DNA of 64,000 nt from Patescibacteria group bacterium. Its GTDB lineage: Bacteria > Patescibacteriota > Patescibacteriia > UBA11705 > DATKZF01. The notes below the pieces were generated by a model, which was given only the letters and a program-made list of their open reading frames with translations, searched no databases and was not told the origin of the DNA. The stretch is from assembly GCA_049319825.1 (NCBI GenBank), contig JBMORT010000006.1, positions 235,641 through 299,640 on the forward strand. Direction: 5' to 3'. Both the position numbers and the translations under genes were made by a program. This document shows, in pieces, positions 58,233 to 64,000 of this stretch; position 1 is the stretch's first letter; each line of letters begins with the position of its first letter.

Positions 58233-59189
58233 ATGGAATCAGCAGCACAAACTGTAACCGGGGCGGTGTCCACGGCCAAAAAGAACAGCGCATTCAGATA
58301 TAACCATCCCGTGTTTTTCATTTTATTGATTTTGGTTTGTTTGGTATGTTTGATACTGGCTTCAGGCTTGCTATCTTATAAATTGGGCACCAAGAACGCT
58401 TACTTGCGGACATTAACCGCCATTGTCCCATATCCGGCGGCAGTGGTGAATTGGGATATAATCGACCTGGCCACATATAATGAAGAATCCGAGGTTTTGG
58501 AGAATTTGGTAATCAAACAGCAAGGCGAGGTGACCGCGGAAACCAGGGCCGATATTCGCTCTGATGTTTTAGATAAATTGATACAAGAAAAAATAATCAT
58601 GCAGCTGGCCAATAAATTTGGAGTTAAGTTGTCAGATTCGGATATCGAAGCGGAAAAACAAAAAATTATTGATGAAGTCGGTGAAACGAAAGAGGAACTT
58701 AATACGAAACTCCAGGATGCTTATGGCTGGGATTTTGATACTTTTTTTGATAAGGTCATCAAAGTTTCAGTCTATCAGCAAAAAGTCAGCGAGCAGTTCT
58801 ATCAGGACGATGCCAGAACAAAAGATGCCGAAAAACAGGCGAAAGATGTTTTACGGTTGGTGAAAAAGGGAGATGAACAATTTCAGGATCTGGCGAAAAA
58901 ATACAGCCAGGACACGCGTACCGCTCAGCTCGGCGGCGAGCTGGGCTGGGTGAGCCGGGGCGATCTGCCCGCTGCGGTCGAGCAGGCGGCGTTTGGTATG
59001 GAAATCGGCGATGTCAGCGATTTAATTAAAGCTGAGAGCGGTTATCATATAATTAAAATCGGGGATAAAAAAATTGAAGGTGAAAATCAAGAAGTTTTTG
59101 TGTATGACATGTTTTTCCCATTCCCGACATTCGAGGATTATTTGAAGGATTATATTATCTCGAGCAAGGTTTATCGGTTTGTTAAATAG
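58233..59189 (+). CDS. peptidyl-prolyl cis-trans isomerase, parvulin (PpiC) type, PrsA/SurA-like, membrane anchored
   Basis: N-terminal TM; C-terminal PpiC domain VLRLVKKGDEQFQDLAKKYSQDTRTAQLGGELGWVSRGDLPAAVEQAAFGMEIGDVSDLIKAESGYHIIKI. Confidence 0.7.
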   Translation: MESAAQTVTGAVSTAKKNSAFRYNHPVFFILLILVCLVCLILASGLLSYKLGTKNAYLRTLTAIVPYPAAVVNWDIIDLATYNEESEVLENLVIKQQGEVTAETRADIRSDVLDKLIQEKIIMQLANKFGVKLSDSDIEAEKQKIIDEVGETKEELNTKLQDAYGWDFDTFFDKVIKVSVYQQKVSEQFYQDDARTKDAEKQAKDVLRLVKKGDEQFQDLAKKYSQDTRTAQLGGELGWVSRGDLPAAVEQAAFGMEIGDVSDLIKAESGYHIIKIGDKKIEGENQEVFVYDMFFPFPTFEDYLKDYIISSKVYRFVK

Positions 59190-59296
59190 CCTCCGGATGA
59201 TGAGCGGTGAGAAGCGATTTTACGCAAAAGACGGTAATAAAAGTTCGCATGTTTTTTTAACTTTGATAAAAAAAAACGCCTAGCGCGTCTTGATAA

Positions 59297-59372
59297 TGGA
59301 GCCGAGAGCGGGATTCGAACCCGCGACCTCTGCTTTACGAAAGCATTGCTCTACCAGCTGAGCTATCTCGGC
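59297..59372 (-). tRNA. tRNA-Thr (anticodon CGT), CCA encoded
   Basis: Minus-strand GCCGAGATAGCTCAGCTGGTAGAGCAATGCTTTCGTAAAGCAGAGGTCGCGGGTTCGAATCCCGCTCTCGGCTCCA. Anticodon loop TTCGTAA. Confidence 0.8.
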
Positions 59373-59464
59373 GAAATTAGGGGATGAAGATAAGGATAAG
59401 TCGACTGAGCTTATTCAGTCATTTCATTAAAGCATTATAACATAATTTATAAGATTAATCAATT

Positions 59465-60223
59465 ATGAAACAAGCTCTTGTCGTTATGATTGGTTTGGCG
59501 ACGCTTGCGTGTTTGGCGCCAACGGCCAATGCTGATATTTACGATCCTTTAATCCACAGTTTGTTTATTGATGAAGCGACATTAAGCCGAGGATACACCA
59601 TCATCAGTTCGGATAAAGTTTTTTACGTCGGCGTGACGCCAGATGTATTAACTCAACCCAGTGACGTGGTCACCAAACAGCTGAGCCGGGAAATTTTTGA
59701 TTTTCCGGCCGGTCTGGCGCCGATCAGCGACGTCTATGAATTTGATTTGGTGAATAAAGACGCTTTTAACGATGACAAACCGGTTTGGATTAAAATAAAG
59801 CCGTTCAGACAGACTGACTGGAGAAGACGAATGTATTTTTACAATGGAGTCAGCCAGCGGTGGGAGGAGCTTCCGACTTATAAAGCGGATGCGGAGTTCG
59901 TTAAGGCCGCGTTTCACCTGCCGTACGCTCGTCTGGTAGTTTTAACCAATGATGACGCCGGCAATGTGGGCCAGGCCAGTTGGTATGCGTATAAGAACTG
60001 TTTATGCGCCGCGTCGCCTGATTATCCGAAAGGGAGCATTGTCGAGGTGACCAATTTGGATAACGGTTCATCCGTAAATGTTAAAATAAACGATTATGGT
60101 CCGGATCGGTCAATTTTTCCGGATCGGGTAATTGATTTGGATAAGGTGGCGTTTGAGCGACTGGGATCGCTGCGCGATGGGATATTAAAAAATGTTAAAG
60201 TCAGGCTGATCAGCCTGCCATAA
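59465..60223 (+). CDS. secreted RlpA-like double-psi beta-barrel (DPBB) domain protein
   Basis: Signal peptide MKQALVVMIGLATLACLAPTANA. C-terminal GQASWYAYKNCLCAASPDYPKGSIVEVTNLDNGSSVNVKINDYGP matches the RlpA DPBB signature SWYG...TASGE...V.V.NL.NG.SV.V.VNDRGP. Confidence 0.65.
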   Translation: MKQALVVMIGLATLACLAPTANADIYDPLIHSLFIDEATLSRGYTIISSDKVFYVGVTPDVLTQPSDVVTKQLSREIFDFPAGLAPISDVYEFDLVNKDAFNDDKPVWIKIKPFRQTDWRRRMYFYNGVSQRWEELPTYKADAEFVKAAFHLPYARLVVLTNDDAGNVGQASWYAYKNCLCAASPDYPKGSIVEVTNLDNGSSVNVKINDYGPDRSIFPDRVIDLDKVAFERLGSLRDGILKNVKVRLISLP

Positions 60224-60238
60224 AGCTGAACCACCCTT

Positions 60239-60919
60239 ATGATAAAATTTCAAGGGGTAACCAAAATGTACGGGCATGATACGAAGGCGTTGAATAACGT
60301 CAATTTGCACATTAAGCCCAGGGAGTTTGTTTCCATTGTCGGTCAGAGCGGTACCGGTAAGACGACTTTGATTAAACTCCTCACCGCCGAAGAAAAACCA
60401 ACCAAGGGTGATATTTTGGTTGGCGGTTGGAATATTGCCAATATTAAATTCGGTGATATTCCTATTTTACGAAGGCAGATCGGCGTGATTTTTCAGGATT
60501 TTAAGTTGTTAAAAAAGAAAACGATTTTTGAGAATATCGCTTTCGCGCTGGAAGTGTGCGGAGCGCCATACGGGAAAATAAAAAAAATCGTACCGCAAAT
60601 TTTGAAAATTGTCGGTTTGGCCGACAAAATCGATCGTTATCCGCGCCAGCTTTCGGGCGGCGAGCAGCAGCGCGTGGCGATTGCCAGAGCGTTGATTCAT
60701 CGCCCGAAGATTTTATTGGCGGATGAGCCGACGGGAAATTTGGATTCCATCAATACCAAGGAAATCATTGATTTATTGGTCAAGATCAATGAATTGGGCA
60801 CGACAGTGCTGTTAGTCACCCACAATCGTGAGATCGTCAATTTGCTAAAACAGCGGGTGATTACTTTGGAAAACGGCCAGGTAATCAGCGATCAGAAGCA
60901 CGGCCGTTATGTTTTATAA
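60239..60919 (+). CDS. ftsE: cell division ABC transporter ATP-binding protein FtsE
   Basis: Walker A GQSGTGKTT; signature LSGGEQQRVAIARAL; Walker B ILLADEPTGNLD; followed directly by ftsX. Confidence 0.8.
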   Translation: MIKFQGVTKMYGHDTKALNNVNLHIKPREFVSIVGQSGTGKTTLIKLLTAEEKPTKGDILVGGWNIANIKFGDIPILRRQIGVIFQDFKLLKKKTIFENIAFALEVCGAPYGKIKKIVPQILKIVGLADKIDRYPRQLSGGEQQRVAIARALIHRPKILLADEPTGNLDSINTKEIIDLLVKINELGTTVLLVTHNREIVNLLKQRVITLENGQVISDQKHGRYVL

Positions 60920-60958
60920 ATTAAAATTTTTTCAAAAAGGCGATTTTTTTATAGCCAG

Positions 60959-61909
60959 TTGAATCGTTTTATAGATTTTAATTTTACTTTTCATATGTTC
61001 GTCGCCACTCTGCGAATATTAAAATTTGCCGTTCAAGATTTTTGGAGAAACATCTGGCTTTCTTTGGTTACCGTCAGCATTTTAACATTGGCGTTGCTGT
61101 CCGTTAATATTTTGATTTTCATGAACGCCATGACCGCGGAAGTTATCGCCTCGGTCCAGGATAAAATCGACGTCAATTTATCATTTAAATCCGGCACCAG
61201 CCCAGCGGAAATCGATAATTTCCAATCAAAACTCGGTGAAATTCCTCAAGTAAAAGAAATATCATTCATATCCAAAGAGCAGGCGCTTCAGGATTTTAAG
61301 AAAAAGCATCACGACGATCAAAAGGTATTGGAAACATTGTCTGAGCTCGGAGACAACCCGTTGCTTGATTCTTTGGTCATCAAGGCGCAGACCGTGGAAG
61401 ATTACGAGACCATTTTAATTTTTATAGAAAATCCGGATTACGCCGCATTAATTCAGGATAAAAATTTTACTGATCATCGATTGATAATCAATAAAATCGA
61501 AGGTATTACCGATAAAGTGGATCGGTTCGGAGTGACGATTAGCATAATTTTCGGAATAATCGCCGTTTTGATAGTTTACAACGCCATTAGAGTCATTATT
61601 TATACGCATCGTGAAGAAATAGCGGTAATGAGGCTGGTGGGCGCCACCAACAGCTTTATTAGAACTCCGTTTTTGGTTGAGAGTTTAATGTACGCTTTGA
61701 TTTCCGTGGGGTTGACCTTGGCGATTTTATACCCGATGCTGGGTTTGGTCCAGCCTTATTTCAATAATTTGTTAGCAGATTACGGTTTTGATTTGGTATC
61801 CTATTTTAACAGCCATTTTCTCCTGATTTTCGGTGTTGAATTGGTGAGTGTGATCATCTTGACGGCAATAAGCAGCGGTTTGGCAATCAGTAAGTATTTG
61901 CGGGTTTAG
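60959..61909 (+). CDS. ftsX: cell division permease FtsX
   Basis: 4-TM FtsX topology: N-terminal TM, large extracellular loop, three C-terminal TMs (IIFGIIAVLIVYNAIRVIIYTHREEIAVMRLVGAT matches the FtsX box). Confidence 0.75.
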   Translation: MNRFIDFNFTFHMFVATLRILKFAVQDFWRNIWLSLVTVSILTLALLSVNILIFMNAMTAEVIASVQDKIDVNLSFKSGTSPAEIDNFQSKLGEIPQVKEISFISKEQALQDFKKKHHDDQKVLETLSELGDNPLLDSLVIKAQTVEDYETILIFIENPDYAALIQDKNFTDHRLIINKIEGITDKVDRFGVTISIIFGIIAVLIVYNAIRVIIYTHREEIAVMRLVGATNSFIRTPFLVESLMYALISVGLTLAILYPMLGLVQPYFNNLLADYGFDLVSYFNSHFLLIFGVELVSVIILTAISSGLAISKYLRV

Positions 61910-62016
61910 TCCTTTCGTAACGGCCAGCGCAATCTTTACAAATTGATCCAATCGTGCTAAAATTCAGAAATCCTTGTTGGATTGAAAATTTTTGACAAGG
62001 CTTGAAATTCCCATCA

Positions 62017-62107
<91 letters not shown>

Positions 62108-62201
62108 CCTTCGCTCCTCCCTCTCGACAAGCTCGAGGTCGGAGCTTCGGCTGGCAGCCGTTATTATGAGATGTGTTCCATGATATGTGATTTATGACCG
62201 G

Positions 62202-62292
62202 GGAGAGGTGCGCCGAATGGTAAGGCAGCGGTTTGCTAAACCGTCACCGTCTAAAAAGCGGTGTGCGGGTTCGACTCCCGCCCTCTCCGCCA
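62202..62292 (+). tRNA. tRNA-Ser (anticodon GCT), long variable arm, CCA encoded
   Basis: GGAGAGGTGCGCCGAATGGTAAGGCAGCGGTTTGCTAAACCGTCACCGTCTAAAAAGCGGTGTGCGGGTTCGACTCCCGCCCTCTCCGCCA. Anticodon loop TTGCTAA. Confidence 0.8.
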
Positions 62293-62346
62293 GTTTGCGC
62301 CCTGTCAATACGAATTCGCTGCTAAAAAAACATCTCAGAATTATTT

Positions 62347-62964
62347 ATGGATAAACGTTCAACCAAACTGCGGCATTATTTTTTGAAGGATATCAATCCT
62401 GTTGTCAGATTCCTGATAATTTCTGATACGGTTCTGATCGGCGCGGCCGGCTTGCTCGGTCCGATATTCGCTTTATTCATTGAAAATTTCATTGTTGGCG
62501 GCAACGCTTCGGTCGCCGGAATCGCGGCCGGCATATATTTGTTCACGAAAAGCGTTTTTCAGGTGCCGATAGCGAATTTAATCGATCGGATACGAGGCGA
62601 AAAAGACGATTATTGGCTGATGTTCATTTTTACGATAATGATTGCGATTATTCCGCTTTTATATTTGATTATTGATACTCCTTTTCAGTTGTATTCAGTT
62701 CAATTTTTATTGGGGTGTTTTACCGCCTTTACTTTTCCCACATACATGGCGTTATTCACTCGGCATATTGATAAAGCCAAAGAGGGAACCGAGTGGGGGG
62801 TTTATTTTACCTTAACCGATTTGACCAGCGCGGCGCTGGCCACTATCGGTGGTTACATTGCCACGGCTTCCGGATTTCCGACATTGATCGTTACGGTGGT
62901 GGTAATTTCACTGCTTGGAGCGCTGCTGCTTTTACCCATTAAGTCATACATTAAGTTAAGATAA
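62347..62964 (+). CDS. hypothetical polytopic membrane protein (6 TM; resembles half of an MFS-type transporter)
   Basis: Six hydrophobic segments. No diagnostic motif. Confidence 0.4.
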   Translation: MDKRSTKLRHYFLKDINPVVRFLIISDTVLIGAAGLLGPIFALFIENFIVGGNASVAGIAAGIYLFTKSVFQVPIANLIDRIRGEKDDYWLMFIFTIMIAIIPLLYLIIDTPFQLYSVQFLLGCFTAFTFPTYMALFTRHIDKAKEGTEWGVYFTLTDLTSAALATIGGYIATASGFPTLIVTVVVISLLGALLLLPIKSYIKLR

Positions 62965-62970
62965 AAAAAT

Positions 62971-63465
62971 ATGGAGGAAGAAAAAATTGCTCAACCGGGA
63001 AAAATTTTAATTGATTGGGATTTCCCGGAGTATTATCAATACGCCAGAAGCAAAAAATGGTATATCGCGGCCGCTATTTTGATAATGTTTTTTTTAACGT
63101 ACGCCATCTGGGTAAAAAACATACTGTTCGCGATTATTCTGGTGTTAGCCGCGTTCATCAGCGTTTTACAGCAATTTCAAAAACCGAAACAGTTAACCGC
63201 GGCCGTAACGGATATGGGGATAATGGTCGGTGACAAGCTGTATCCTTATGCGGAAATAAAAAAGTTTTGGATAATCTATAATCCGCCAATGGCCAAGCTG
63301 ATGTATTTGGATTTCAATAATCCTTTAAAAAAAACATTGCCCGTGCCACTCGAAAAAGTTGATCCGGTAAAACTCAGAGAAATACTCAATAGATACTTAA
63401 AAGAGGATTTGGAAAAAGAAGAAGAGGAGCTTGGCGATAGAATGGCCAGAGTATTTAAAATATAA
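62971..63465 (+). CDS. hypothetical membrane protein (164 aa)
   Basis: Two TM helices (ILIMFFLTYAIWV; ILFAIILVLAAFISVL), then a soluble domain. No motifs. Confidence 0.4.
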   Translation: MEEEKIAQPGKILIDWDFPEYYQYARSKKWYIAAAILIMFFLTYAIWVKNILFAIILVLAAFISVLQQFQKPKQLTAAVTDMGIMVGDKLYPYAEIKKFWIIYNPPMAKLMYLDFNNPLKKTLPVPLEKVDPVKLREILNRYLKEDLEKEEEELGDRMARVFKI

Positions 63466-63490
63466 TTGAAAATGTGGAATTTAAAATTTA

Positions 63491-63518
63491 AACCAGTAAA
63501 TTCCTTTACTGGTTTTTA
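63491..63518 (+). terminator. rho-independent terminator
   Basis: aaccagtaaattcctttactggttttt: stem accagtaaa/tttactggt plus T-run. Confidence 0.55.
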
Positions 63519-63525
63519 ATAATAT

Positions 63526-63602
63526 GTGTCCGTAGCTCAGCTGGATAGAGCGTCAGCTTGCGGAGCTGAAGGTCGGAGGTTCAAGCCCTCCCGGACACGC
63601 CA
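63526..63602 (+). tRNA. tRNA-Arg (anticodon GCG), CCA encoded
   Basis: GTGTCCGTAGCTCAGCTGGATAGAGCGTCAGCTTGCGGAGCTGAAGGTCGGAGGTTCAAGCCCTCCCGGACACGCCA. Anticodon loop TTGCGGA. Confidence 0.75.
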
Positions 63603-63756
63603 TGAAATAAATTCTAAATTCGAATTTCCAAATCATAAACAATATCGAAATTCCAATGTTTCAAATTCCAAACAATGGTGTTTGGGAAATTAAGATTTAG
63701 ATATTAGAATTTGTTTTAGTTCAGTGTTTCAGCGCTTAATATTTAATAAATAATTT

Positions 63757-63833
63757 GTGGCTATAGCTCAGCTGGATAGAGCGCAAGCCTCCGGAGCTTG
63801 AGATCGCAGGTTCAAATCCTGCTAGCCACGCCA
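63757..63833 (+). tRNA. tRNA-Arg (anticodon CCG), CCA encoded
   Basis: GTGGCTATAGCTCAGCTGGATAGAGCGCAAGCCTCCGGAGCTTGAGATCGCAGGTTCAAATCCTGCTAGCCACGCCA. Anticodon loop CTCCGGA. Confidence 0.75.
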
Positions 63834-63935
63834 TGTCAATTTAAGTTGTCAGTCGAAAGATTGAAGATTAAAGTCCATTTCTCCGGACTTTTTTGCTATT
63901 TTAAAAAAGCGTGATTTCGATTAAAATATTAGTGT

Positions 63936-64000
63936 ATGCGGCCAGATCAATCCATCGAGCGGCTTCACCGCGTGGGCAAAACCACGGTAAAACAATTGGA
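63936..64000 (+). CDS. 5' end of an ORF running off the window (MRPDQSIERLHRVGKTTVKQL...)
   Basis: ATG at 63936 with an open frame to the window end; too short to assign. Confidence 0.2.
   Translation, partial: MRPDQSIERLHRVGKTTVKQL

Noticed and set aside
61990-62016. sigma70-like promoter for the tRNA-Ser pair (TTGACA at 61994)
   Set aside because: Good -35 hexamer, but no acceptable -10 hexamer at 16-18 nt spacing (only tcccat/caggag).

Overview
AT-rich (~40% GC) bacterial chromosomal segment. Almost all genes are on the + strand. The gene content suggests a small-genome, Gram-positive-type or Patescibacteria/CPR-like organism (inference): many hypothetical proteins, very large secreted proteins, tRNAs with genomically encoded CCA, and a minimal murG / ftsEX / FtsB-like / RlpA-like division set. 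Order of content: (1) a 1291-aa hypothetical protein. (2) A ~13 kb surface-glycan cluster (3.98-16.74 kb) with five GT4 glycosyltransferases, five SAM methyltransferases, a Wzx-like flippase, AsnB and a UDP-sugar epimerase; it also carries a chimeric pseudogene made by local duplication. (3) dnaX, HU, tRNA-Gln, a Fur-family regulator and another GT4. (4) An ECF sigma / anti-sigma pair, then four consecutive large secreted proteins (1231, 561, 1417 and 806 aa) that share an unnamed ~120-aa domain, then a second ECF sigma plus membrane protein. (5) A RAYT/IS200-like gene with a degenerate HuH motif, flanked by GC-rich perfect palindromes. (6) A lamin-tail-domain surface protein followed by a Gram-positive-type type IV secretion module (VirB6-like, PrgI/VirB3-like, a split VirB4 ATPase, a possible VirB8-like protein) with no coupling protein or relaxase, ending in ComFC; this is my best candidate for a T4SS-derived DNA-uptake apparatus. 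(7) murG, a P-type cation ATPase, an FtsB-like protein, a parvulin PPIase, an RlpA-like protein, ftsE/ftsX and seven tRNAs. I found no rRNA and no CRISPR array.
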